In this document: positions 1 to 7,339 of the stretch, one piece after another | Numbering within the stretch: position 1 is the stretch's first letter | Layout: each line of letters starts with the position of its first letter | Source of the DNA: a virus | Lineage: Duplodnaviria > Caudoviricetes | Length of the DNA: 35,362 nucleotides | Reading direction: 5' to 3' (one strand) | Virus record (IMG/VR): IMGVR_UViG_3300017766_003777 | Span: 1-35,362 of that record | Position numbers and translations under genes: made by a program | The notes under the pieces: model-generated | Seen by the model: the letters and a program-made list of their open reading frames with translations, nothing else | What the model was told of the DNA's origin: nothing | Databases searched by the model: none

Positions 1-123
1 CCTCACAGCCCGCGGCACGCTCCGCACGGGAATGCCGACCCGACCGCGGTACGCCGACGCCGACAAACTCGCTCGGGCTATCTGCGATGCGCTCACGGGC
101 ATCGCCTACCGCGACGACCGACA
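1..123. repeat. Terminal direct repeat (left copy), most likely assembly overlap of a circular contig
   Basis: 1-123 is identical to 35240-35362 and lies inside the RusA ORF that continues across the junction. Confidence 0.95.
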
Positions 124-211
124 GGTCGCGAGCCTCAGCATCGAACGGGTGTGGGCGCGGGACGGCGATCCCTCGGGCGCGTGGATCGAACTGCGCGAGA
201 TGATCGACTGA
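1..211 (+). CDS. rusA: RusA-family Holliday junction resolvase, 3' part (continues from 35025)
   Basis: Frame starting at base 2 reads ...PRYADADKLARAICDALTGIAYRDDRQVASL...EMID*, matching the RusA DxDKLxRAxxDALxGxxxxDDxQV catalytic motif; TGA at 209-211. Confidence 0.9.
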   Translation, partial: LTARGTLRTGMPTRPRYADADKLARAICDALTGIAYRDDRQVASLSIERVWARDGDPSGAWIELREMID

Positions 212-312
212 GGAATTTTCGGAATTCCGCTCAAGTGACTTGCACCCCACGCCGATAGAGGGTAAGGTGTGCGTGTCGAGCATGTCGCTCGGCACCAATC
301 ACGGAGCAAGCC
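212..312 (+). promoter_or_regulatory. Repeated early expression cassette copy 1 (sigma70-type promoter + 5' hairpin + RBS)
   Basis: TTGCAC 240-245, 17-nt spacer, TAAGGT 263-268, hairpin GTCGAGC-ATGTC-GCTCGGC 275-293, GGAG, ATG 313. Confidence 0.85.
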
Positions 313-567
313 ATGCAGAACACCCCCCGCACCGTTAGCGTCAGTTTCGTCCGCACCCGTCACGCCAACTGCCTCCGCGTATGGGTGGACGGCAAGCGTC
401 AGAGGGATATCTTCGCGGGAACTAACGGCGAGCAGACTGCCCGTGCGCGCAAGTTCGTGACCGAGTTCGCCGCCCGCCACGATTGCGTTGTCTGCAGCGA
501 GACGGATAAGTGGTCGGATAGCCTTTCGACCATCTTCACCCTTGTGTTCGTCCTCGCCAACAAGTGA
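313..567 (+). CDS. Small early protein of unknown function (84 aa)
   Basis: ATG directly after cassette RBS; begins MQN like other cassette genes. Confidence 0.8.
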   Translation: MQNTPRTVSVSFVRTRHANCLRVWVDGKRQRDIFAGTNGEQTARARKFVTEFAARHDCVVCSETDKWSDSLSTIFTLVFVLANK

Positions 568-570
568 TTC

Positions 571-619
571 ACCCGTGTCGAGCATGTCGCTCGGCACCAA
601 ACCCGAACAGGAGCCTGCA
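571..619 (+). promoter_or_regulatory. Cassette copy 2 (hairpin + RBS only, no promoter)
   Basis: 571-624 is identical to 32204-32257; hairpin then CAGGAG RBS. Confidence 0.85.
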
Positions 620-889
620 ATGAACAAGCCTGCCACGAAGACCGCCGAGGACATCCGCAACGCCATTCGCGCTGATTGGACGGCGAACATGAGTTGGTAC
701 GAAGCCTTCTGCGTCCGCAAGAGCGAGTCGGCGAACAACCCCGAGGAGTTCAAGGCGAGGAAGCGCGCCTACGCGGTGCAGTTCCTCGCACAAGTCCGCC
801 TGTGCGAGCAATGGGAGATCCTTGAGCGCGACGAGATCGCCGAGATGAAGGAGACCGTGTACGACATCTACGGCGCGATCATCCTCTGA
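620..889 (+). CDS. Small early protein of unknown function (89 aa, MNKPATK...)
   Basis: Start moved from track position 488 to ATG 620 behind AGGAG RBS. Confidence 0.8.
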   Translation: MNKPATKTAEDIRNAIRADWTANMSWYEAFCVRKSESANNPEEFKARKRAYAVQFLAQVRLCEQWEILERDEIAEMKETVYDIYGAIIL

Positions 890-895
890 CCCACG

Positions 896-930
896 CACGC
901 CCGTGCCGCGGAAACGCGGCGCGGGCGATT
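896..930 (+). terminator. GAAA-tetraloop hairpin at gene 3' end, repeated at 28271-28305 (minus)
   Basis: GCCCGtGCCGCG-GAAA-CGCGGCgCGGGC stem-loop right after the stop codon; no long U tract. Confidence 0.55.
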
Positions 931-932
931 TC

Positions 933-1035
933 CAAGAAATTCCCGAATTCCCCTCAAGTCGGTTGCACCCCCCGCCGATAGAGGGTAGAGTACCGAAGTC
1001 GAGCATGTCGCTCGGCACGAACCAAGGAGCAAGCC
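933..1035 (+). promoter_or_regulatory. Cassette copy 3
   Basis: TTGCAC 963-968, 17 nt, TAGAGT 986-991, hairpin 998-1016, AAGGAG, ATG 1036. Confidence 0.85.
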
Positions 1036-1500
1036 ATGTGCAAGAACACGAACAACAACCCGATCCGCACCGCCACCCTCTCGCACCTCACCAACACGCT
1101 TGAGACGATCACGAAGAAGCGGGCTACCTCCACTCGCGAGACTCGGGTTGAGAACAGCGACCACTTCCTGAGCAACCTGCACTTCGCGTTTCAGATCGGC
1201 GCGATCACCCGTGCAGAGGCGCTCGCCTTCGTGGACGAGATTTCCCGCTGCAGCATCCCGATGCCGAACGGTGAGCACCCTTCCTGCGAGCCGTGCCGCT
1301 GCGAGGATTGCAGCGCGTTCGTGCCGATCTCCATGACCGAGGACATCGGTGGCGAGATCACCGTCTGCAAGGCGTGCTACGAGCAGCAGACCGACCCCCG
1401 CGCCCGCGACAACGCCTCGGTCGAGGCGGGTTGGGACGGCTGCGGCGACTTCGAAGACGCGCCCGCGTTCATGCACGGGCACCCGACCGAGTTGGACTGA
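1036..1500 (+). CDS. Early protein with probable Zn finger (154 aa)
   Basis: Cassette-driven ATG; CEDC...CKAC cysteine pairs. Confidence 0.8.
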   Translation: MCKNTNNNPIRTATLSHLTNTLETITKKRATSTRETRVENSDHFLSNLHFAFQIGAITRAEALAFVDEISRCSIPMPNGEHPSCEPCRCEDCSAFVPISMTEDIGGEITVCKACYEQQTDPRARDNASVEAGWDGCGDFEDAPAFMHGHPTELD

Positions 1501-1544
1501 TCGGGCACATGGGCATCCGACTCTGCCCGCCCGACGCAACTCCT

Positions 1545-1579
1545 AGACGCCCCCGCGGATTCCGCGGGGGCTGTCTTTT
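1545..1579 (+). terminator. Intrinsic terminator between the convergent early and late transcription units
   Basis: GCCCCCGCGG-ATT-CCGCGGGGGC followed by TGTCTTTT; convergent gene ends at 1500 and 1584. Confidence 0.75.
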
Positions 1580-1583
1580 GCCC

Positions 1584-2039
1584 CTACGGTCGTTCCTGCG
1601 GCGTTCCACCGTCCGCGGGCGCCTGCGGCGCGTCCGACGGCGCGGACGCCTCTGCGGGGCTTCCTGCGCCCCCGAACGGGACGAGGCGGTTGAGCGCCTC
1701 CTGCCGCTTGGAGCAGCCGCCGCACGGGCGGAATCCGAACGCCTTCGTCGCCGACGCGACGGCATCGCCTAGACCGCGCCACGCTGCCCTCTGAGGCGGC
1801 GCGGACGACGGGGCGGCTGCGGGCGCAATTGGCGGTCGGGACGCCCCACGACCGACCACGGGCGGGTTCGTGAGGTCGCCGTTCCGCGAACGACGCACCT
1901 CGCAGGTCTCGCAGTCGAGCGGGCGCCCCTCGCCGCACTCGGGCGTGCCGTGGACGACCCGCCACGACTGACAGTCGATGATCGGCAGCGAGACGCCGCT
2001 TGAGGTCGAGATGGTGCCGCAGGTCAGATCGGGTCGCAT
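1584..2039 (-). CDS. Cys-containing protein (151 aa) with GLGD...PCGGCxKRQEALN motif; possible partner/chaperone of the Cys-rich protein
   Basis: True start probably ATG 2039 (MRPDLTCG); the upstream part of track ORF 1584..3602 is a shadow frame; C-terminal motif recalled from uncultured phage proteins. Confidence 0.75.
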   Translation of the reverse strand: MRPDLTCGTISTSSGVSLPIIDCQSWRVVHGTPECGEGRPLDCETCEVRRSRNGDLTNPPVVGRGASRPPIAPAAAPSSAPPQRAAWRGLGDAVASATKAFGFRPCGGCSKRQEALNRLVPFGGAGSPAEASAPSDAPQAPADGGTPQERP

Positions 2040-3883
2040 GAGCGGATCGCGAGGTTCTCGCCTTGGGTCTTGCAGTAGGTGAAGCCGTCTTGGAACGACA
2101 GTACGCACGGCTCGGGCAGCGGGTGCGCCGCCTCCCACGCCACGCAGTCCTCGGTGCCGATGGGGCAGCAGGGCGCGGGGACATAGTCGAACGGATAGCA
2201 GTAGCACGCCGACTGCGGGTCGGGCATCAACTGACACAGCGTGTTCCAACCGTACTGAACGAGCGTCGGCGGACCGAGCGGCGGCGTGACGATGATGTCG
2301 TCTAGGGGCCATCCGTAGCGGTAGTCGCACAGAGGCACGATGACGGACGGGAAGGACGCCGTGCAGATCGTCGTGTTGTCCGCGAGTTCCTCGACCCGCA
2401 GCATGTCGTACCGCAGCCCCGACGAGTACTCGGGCACGGACAGGCATTGCAGTTGGAACGGGTACTCGCCCGTCGCGCTGATGGAGCACGCCACGGTCGG
2501 GTGGTCGATGCCGCGGCAGTTGAACTCGCTGTTCATGCCCTGCGACACGCACACGAACTTGCGGACGGCGATCCCCTGCATGAACACGCGGATGACGCCG
2601 AACGAAGCGTCGTAGTAGATCGTGCCGATCTGCATCGTGTCGCCCGCGATGTACGGGGGTCGGGCGGACAGTTCCTCCCACGGGCACGGGTTGCAGGTCT
2701 GTCGGTAGCCGAACCAGAACCAATCGCTCCACGGCGGCAGCGTGTAGGCGCGGGCGAGCGCGCCGATGCGGTTGTTGATGCGCTCCACGATGTCCTCGAC
2801 CGACGCCGAGAGCATCTGAATCTTCAGGTTGCAGACCTGCAGTTCGGGGACATCGACCACCGCGCCGTCGTCCCAACAGGTCTGCACTCCGACCGCGGGG
2901 TCGATGAAGACGAGGAAGTTCCGCACATACGCATCGACCGCCACGGGGTCGTTGATGTCCACGCCTGCGTTCGTCGCGAAGCACGCGGGGAAGTTGATGA
3001 CGAACAGATCCTCGACATGGTTGTTCCCCTCGCAGTCCTGCACGCTGTAGCAGGTGCGCACCGTGAAGGTGTTGCGTGGATCCTTCGTGCCCGCGCAGGC
3101 GTTCGGGTCGCCGTCGCACGGGTTGAATCCGCCGCAGCAGTCGGCGAACGGGAAGCAATCGGGGCATGCCCACTCCTGCTCCCACCGCTGCGTGATCTCG
3201 TTCGGGCACGATTGCGGCGTCGGCTGCGGCATGGGCTGCGCCACGCCGTTGATGAACAGCCACGGGACGCAGGGACCGACCTCCTGCGACACCTTGCGGG
3301 TGATGTTGTAGATCGTGTCGGGCGGACCGTGGTCGCACCGCACATTCCACGGGACGCCCTCGACATTCACGCAGATCGACAGGACGGAGGAGACGATGAT
3401 CTCCTTGCCCTCGACCGTTCCGTACTGATCGCACTTCTCGTAGCACTCGGCGATCAGTTCGGTGCAGGGATCCACGGGGATCGACACCACGGGACCGCAG
3501 CCTTCGATGATCGTGTCGGCGATGCCGCCTGGTGGTGACTGCGGGATGCTGATCGGGCGGCAGCACGGAAGACCGCCGCTCGCGGCGATGTGCGCAAGCC
3601 ATCCGACATTCGTCGGGTATGGGCTTGCGGGGTTCGGGCAGTTCGTGAGTTCGAAGCCCGCGAGCACATACACGCAGCAGTCGTAGCCGATGTAGTAGCA
3701 GAAGTTCGGGGGCGGCGGCACGGGGATGCCGAGCGCCGCGAGGTACGACGGGCAGAGGTCGATGCGCGGCGGCGACGAACCGCAGGACGGCGTGCAGCAG
3801 TAGTCGCTGAAGAAGTCAGGGCACTTGAGCGCGTAGTACAGCAGCCCCCCGCAGCAGCATGATGCGTTCGTCGTCGCGCTCAC
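2024..3883 (-). CDS. Large Cys/Pro-rich protein (619 aa), possible tail fibre or receptor-binding protein
   Basis: Long ORF near the end of the late operon; N-terminal CCC and about 50 Cys; function inferred from position only. Confidence 0.8.
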   Translation of the reverse strand: MSATTNASCCCGGLLYYALKCPDFFSDYCCTPSCGSSPPRIDLCPSYLAALGIPVPPPPNFCYYIGYDCCVYVLAGFELTNCPNPASPYPTNVGWLAHIAASGGLPCCRPISIPQSPPGGIADTIIEGCGPVVSIPVDPCTELIAECYEKCDQYGTVEGKEIIVSSVLSICVNVEGVPWNVRCDHGPPDTIYNITRKVSQEVGPCVPWLFINGVAQPMPQPTPQSCPNEITQRWEQEWACPDCFPFADCCGGFNPCDGDPNACAGTKDPRNTFTVRTCYSVQDCEGNNHVEDLFVINFPACFATNAGVDINDPVAVDAYVRNFLVFIDPAVGVQTCWDDGAVVDVPELQVCNLKIQMLSASVEDIVERINNRIGALARAYTLPPWSDWFWFGYRQTCNPCPWEELSARPPYIAGDTMQIGTIYYDASFGVIRVFMQGIAVRKFVCVSQGMNSEFNCRGIDHPTVACSISATGEYPFQLQCLSVPEYSSGLRYDMLRVEELADNTTICTASFPSVIVPLCDYRYGWPLDDIIVTPPLGPPTLVQYGWNTLCQLMPDPQSACYCYPFDYVPAPCCPIGTEDCVAWEAAHPLPEPCVLSFQDGFTYCKTQGENLAIRSCDPI

Positions 3884-4108
3884 TCACTTCTCCTCGGCGA
3901 CGAACGATGGCGGCACGCAGTACCACCCCTCGGGGATCGTCACCGTGTTGTTGGACAGAACCCACTCACCGCTTTGGAGGGTGTACACCCGAGCCTGCGT
4001 CCGCGGACCGATCCTGATCGGGCTGTCCTCGGGGATGAACACCGTCCTGCTTCCGCAGCCACTCGCGAATGCGAGCGCCACCGCGACGAAGGCGATCACG
4101 GTCCACAT
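3884..4108 (-). CDS. Lipoprotein, o-spanin (Rz1)-like
   Basis: MWTVIAFVAVALAFASG-C lipobox-like signal, Pro-rich mature part; overlaps the upstream TM gene out of frame. Confidence 0.65.
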   Translation of the reverse strand: MWTVIAFVAVALAFASGCGSRTVFIPEDSPIRIGPRTQARVYTLQSGEWVLSNNTVTIPEGWYCVPPSFVAEEK

Positions 4109-4199
4109 CGCCGTCCGTGGCGATGTGACCGCGTTCCATGCGCCGTTCAAGATACGCGAACAGGGCAAGCGCGAGGGATGCGATGACCTTGTCGAGCAT
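3966..4199 (-). CDS. i-spanin (Rz)-like membrane protein (77 aa)
   Basis: N-terminal hydrophobic helix then charged helical region; follows the holin and overlaps the lipoprotein gene. Confidence 0.55.
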   Translation of the reverse strand: MLDKVIASLALALFAYLERRMERGHIATDGDVDRDRLRRGGARIREWLRKQDGVHPRGQPDQDRSADAGSGVHPPKR

Positions 4200-4236
4200 G
4201 GCGCGTTCTCATCGAACCAGTCGTCGTACTCGGCGT

Positions 4237-4449
4237 TCACGGGTTGGACGGCGGGACGGCTCCCGCCTGCTCCGAGGTCACGCTGTTGTCGCGGGCGAAG
4301 ATGCCGATGCCGAGCGCGCCGAGCGCGGCAAAGACTGCCTCAAGCGAGAAGGTGGTTGTGGCGTCGGTGTCGAACAGGTACGCGACCTGCGTGGCAATGA
4401 TCGCCGCTGCGGTGAGGACTCCGACGAGGGTGGTTCGCCACGATTTCAT
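4237..4449 (-). CDS. Probable holin (70 aa, two TM helices)
   Basis: MKSWRTTLVGVLTAAAIIA...VFAALGALGIGIFARD; ATGA coupling with upstream gene. Confidence 0.7.
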   Translation of the reverse strand: MKSWRTTLVGVLTAAAIIATQVAYLFDTDATTTFSLEAVFAALGALGIGIFARDNSVTSEQAGAVPPSNP

Positions 4450-4637
4450 GGTTGGTGTCTCCTGATTTGGTCGAGTTCTTTTTCGATGCGGCGGATGCGC
4501 TCGCCGTAGTCGTCCAGTTTTGTGTTCATCACCTCGACCTTGATGGCGAGGCGGTTCAACGATGTATGAATCCACGCAGACGCCGCAAGGATCGTAGCCA
4601 TCGGCGCGACGATGGTGCTGAGTTGATCAAAGGTCAT
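4446..4637 (-). CDS. Small TM + coiled-coil protein (63 aa), XhlA/holin-accessory-like
   Basis: MTFDQLSTIVAPMATILAASAWI then ...ERIRRIEKELD; ATGA-coupled on both sides. Confidence 0.6.
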   Translation of the reverse strand: MTFDQLSTIVAPMATILAASAWIHTSLNRLAIKVEVMNTKLDDYGERIRRIEKELDQIRRHQP

Positions 4638-5545
4638 CCGATCCTCTGAGCGGAAATGCGGGTGCTCTTGTTGGGGAAAGGGTCGGGCACATAGGTGCCC
4701 GTAGCGGGGAAGTTGAACTGCGGGGTTGCCTTGATGATCGCGCCTGCGTGGGTGCTCGCGACAACCATGCGGGCGGTCGTGTTGCTGTAGGTCGGAGCCA
4801 TCGCCGCCTGAACGACCACGGTGAGCCAACCGTGCCCTTCGATGCTCGACGCGCCGACGACGACCGTGCCGAGGTTGGGCGCGGGGTCGCGCATCTCAAT
4901 GCCCGCGCTAAGGCTCCAGTTACCGTTGTGATAGCCCGTGCATGTGACCGTGACGAGATATGAGGATCCTGCGCCGCCTGATCCGACCCCCAACGACATA
5001 CCCGTGACGAAGGTGCTTGTGTTGGCGTTGACGACCGTGAAATCACCCGTCAACGATTGATACGCGGTGTCGTAGAACGGACGCATGACCCATTGCTGCG
5101 AAGCGAAATCCCACGCAGGCGTATCGCCCTCGTTCACACCCTGAATGCGGACGAGTTCGTTCGCTACATTTTTGCCGACAAGGTCAAATGAAGCGGGCGC
5201 CTCGGTCGGCAGGTTCGGCGTGAAGATCCCCGCGTCGGACACGGTGACCTGATCGAACAGGTTGACCGCGCCCTCCGTGCTTCCCGCCTCGTTGTCGATC
5301 CGCATGGTGCCGTTGCTGTTCGACATGACGGTCGCCACCTGCGAGGGCGTGCCGTTGTTGCGGACATACGGAAGCACCTGCTGATACACATACGGAGCGG
5401 ATGCAGCCTGCTGAATCCACAGCCGACCCGTCTTTGGGCATTGGATGATCTCGTTCACGGCACCTGTCGTCGCCGAATCGGGGTTCGGAGCGATGGCGGT
5501 GTAGTTGATGTAGTACTTGGGCTTGATCGGTCCGAGGAGACCCAT
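4634..5545 (-). CDS. Putative tail fibre/tail-tip structural protein (303 aa)
   Basis: Beta-rich Thr/Gly/Ser/Val composition, position in the tail region, GAGG RBS. Confidence 0.65.
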   Translation of the reverse strand: MGLLGPIKPKYYINYTAIAPNPDSATTGAVNEIIQCPKTGRLWIQQAASAPYVYQQVLPYVRNNGTPSQVATVMSNSNGTMRIDNEAGSTEGAVNLFDQVTVSDAGIFTPNLPTEAPASFDLVGKNVANELVRIQGVNEGDTPAWDFASQQWVMRPFYDTAYQSLTGDFTVVNANTSTFVTGMSLGVGSGGAGSSYLVTVTCTGYHNGNWSLSAGIEMRDPAPNLGTVVVGASSIEGHGWLTVVVQAAMAPTYSNTTARMVVASTHAGAIIKATPQFNFPATGTYVPDPFPNKSTRISAQRIG

Positions 5546-5552
5546 GTGAACC

Positions 5553-6728
5553 TCACGCGAATGATGACGACCGCATTGCCGCGGCGATGGTTTGGAGCGA
5601 TTGCGCCTGCGTCTGCGTCACGAAGTCGTAGGACGCGAGCCACGAACCCTCGGCGATGTCGGGGAACGGGAACCCGCGGGCAGTCCAGTACGCCATGAAC
5701 GCCGCGTAGTACGCATCTACCCTCTGCGGGAACGCGGGCTGCTTGGCGGGATACATCGCCACGCCGTTGAAGGTGAACGGCGGCGTGCCCGTGATCCACT
5801 CCTGCGACCCCTCGTTCAGCGGCGGGCTGAACTCAAGATGTCCGAGCGCGATCCCCATCACGCCGTCGCCCTCTGCGACCGAGGTCGGCGGCTTGATCTC
5901 ACGCAGGAATATGCTGCCGCTGTCGTGCAGGAAGGCGCGGTCGTACAGGCGCGAGTAGACCGCGTGATTGCCGCGCAGGTTCGGAGTCGTACCGCTCACT
6001 CCCGCGTCGTATCGGAAGCCGACGCTTCGGAACCAAATGTCCTGCAGGAACATGTTGCCCGCGTTGATGTACCGCCATGACCCCGAGGTCACGCTGCCTG
6101 CGTCCATCACCGTCAGCGGGTTGAAGGGGAACGGCTGCGACAGCACGGCAGCGGCGACATCGTGCTTGAATGGCGATCCGACCGAGCCAAGACCCGAGGG
6201 CGCAATGCCGCCTGCGCTGTCGTACAGGTACGGGCGCTCGCATTGCGTCTTCGGGATCTCAACGATGTTGTTGTCGCCGTCGATGAACCGAAGATTCAGG
6301 ATGGCGTCGAGGTACGAACCCTCGGCGTACATCGTGTTGAGCATCGCGCCTGCGACTCGGTCGCCCGCCGCGATGCTTCCGATGTCGTAGCAATGCGCAC
6401 ACCAATGCATCATGCGCGGGCTGATCACCTTCGCGGTAGGAGGGAACGAGTTGAACCACATCGGCGTATTGACGGGGTTCGCCTTCGGATTCGCCGCGTT
6501 CACCTGCGGCGCGAGCGCGGGAGAGCCGAAGTCCGTGCTGAAAGTCCTGTAGGTCGCCACCAAGCCCTCTAGCGACCGCCGATAGCCGTACAGGGAGCAG
6601 TTGGGGTTCCACGCATACGGGCGCTTGACCGTCGTGCTGCCCGCGGTCGGCACCGTCCATGTGACCACATGGTCTTCGTAGAGGAACAGATCCTGCGTTG
6701 TGGGGTTGTACGGGACGGTGGACAGCAT
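5553..6728 (-). CDS. Protein with trypsin-like serine protease motifs (about 391 aa)
   Basis: VISPRMMHWCAHC (His), HDVAAAVL (Asp), FLHDSGS (Ser) in canonical order; start at TGATG overlap 6728. Confidence 0.6.
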   Translation of the reverse strand: MLSTVPYNPTTQDLFLYEDHVVTWTVPTAGSTTVKRPYAWNPNCSLYGYRRSLEGLVATYRTFSTDFGSPALAPQVNAANPKANPVNTPMWFNSFPPTAKVISPRMMHWCAHCYDIGSIAAGDRVAGAMLNTMYAEGSYLDAILNLRFIDGDNNIVEIPKTQCERPYLYDSAGGIAPSGLGSVGSPFKHDVAAAVLSQPFPFNPLTVMDAGSVTSGSWRYINAGNMFLQDIWFRSVGFRYDAGVSGTTPNLRGNHAVYSRLYDRAFLHDSGSIFLREIKPPTSVAEGDGVMGIALGHLEFSPPLNEGSQEWITGTPPFTFNGVAMYPAKQPAFPQRVDAYYAAFMAYWTARGFPFPDIAEGSWLASYDFVTQTQAQSLQTIAAAMRSSSFA

Positions 6729-6991
6729 CAGGCACCTGGGATCCAAGTGCCGCCGCTGATGCCGCCGCCGTCCAACTGATACTGAATGAAGTCAAGGTCG
6801 GCAAGCACGAACTGCAGCGTCGTCTCGGTGGCGACATTGAGCGCCTGCGCCGCCGCGGTGATGCGTCCGAACTCGTCCACGGTGATGGCGGCGGGCGAGA
6901 AGGTGCCCGCGGGGGACGGGGAAATCGGAGCGTAGCCGACGCCACCGACAATGATCTCGACGCCCGTGCTCGTTACGGTGATGTTCGCCAT
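6728..6991 (-). CDS. Small tail-fibre-associated protein (87 aa)
   Basis: TAATG overlap start; ITVDEFGRITAA motif typical of tail-fibre shaft repeats. Confidence 0.65.
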   Translation of the reverse strand: MANITVTSTGVEIIVGGVGYAPISPSPAGTFSPAAITVDEFGRITAAAQALNVATETTLQFVLADLDFIQYQLDGGGISGGTWIPGA

Positions 6992-7332
6992 TAGACCTGC
7001 ACCTCCCCTGCCTTGACCACGACCTGCGCGAGCGAGTTGGCGACATAGCGCCGCACCACGCCGCCCGCCCAAGTCACCTCAAAGTCGAACCGACAGTTGC
7101 CGAGCGGGTACAGCGCCGTCGAAGCCGCAGGCAGCGTCAGCCACTTCGTGTTTGCGTTGCCCGTCGCGGTGATCAGACCGTTCGTGATCGTCGCCGTGCA
7201 GAACGGCGCCTGATTCGGAAACGCGATGCGAACCGTCCACTCGGTCGCGGTGGCGATGTCAGCCACGCCCGTCACGGTGATGGACTGCTGATAGGTCGCT
7301 CCGCGGGTGATGACGATGTTCCATTGCGCCAT
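6991..7332 (-). CDS. Small tail/baseplate adaptor-like protein (113 aa)
   Basis: NIVITRGATYQQSITV...YPLGNCRFDFEVT pattern resembles small Ig-like fibre-anchor domains; GAGG RBS. Confidence 0.6.
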   Translation of the reverse strand: MAQWNIVITRGATYQQSITVTGVADIATATEWTVRIAFPNQAPFCTATITNGLITATGNANTKWLTLPAASTALYPLGNCRFDFEVTWAGGVVRRYVANSLAQVVVKAGEVQV

Positions 7333-7339
7333 TGGTGCC

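Noticed and set aside
1-123. Terminal repeat as a physical phage end (DTR) or att site
   Set aside because: It is exact, short and falls in the middle of rusA, as expected for assembler overlap on a circular contig.
282-286. Hairpin-loop AUG as the true start codon of cassette genes
   Set aside because: In frame in only six of ten copies (out of frame at 282, 1005, 28588 and 32964), lacks an SD, and a strong SD sits before the downstream ATG.
212-1500. Integron-like attC cassette array
   Set aside because: The repeats are promoters and leaders upstream of genes, lack attC R/L box structure, and no tyrosine recombinase is present.
2040-3602. 672-aa ORF 1584..3602 as one gene
   Set aside because: The upstream part is an Arg-rich alternative frame over the Cys-rich gene; only the last 151 aa look real.
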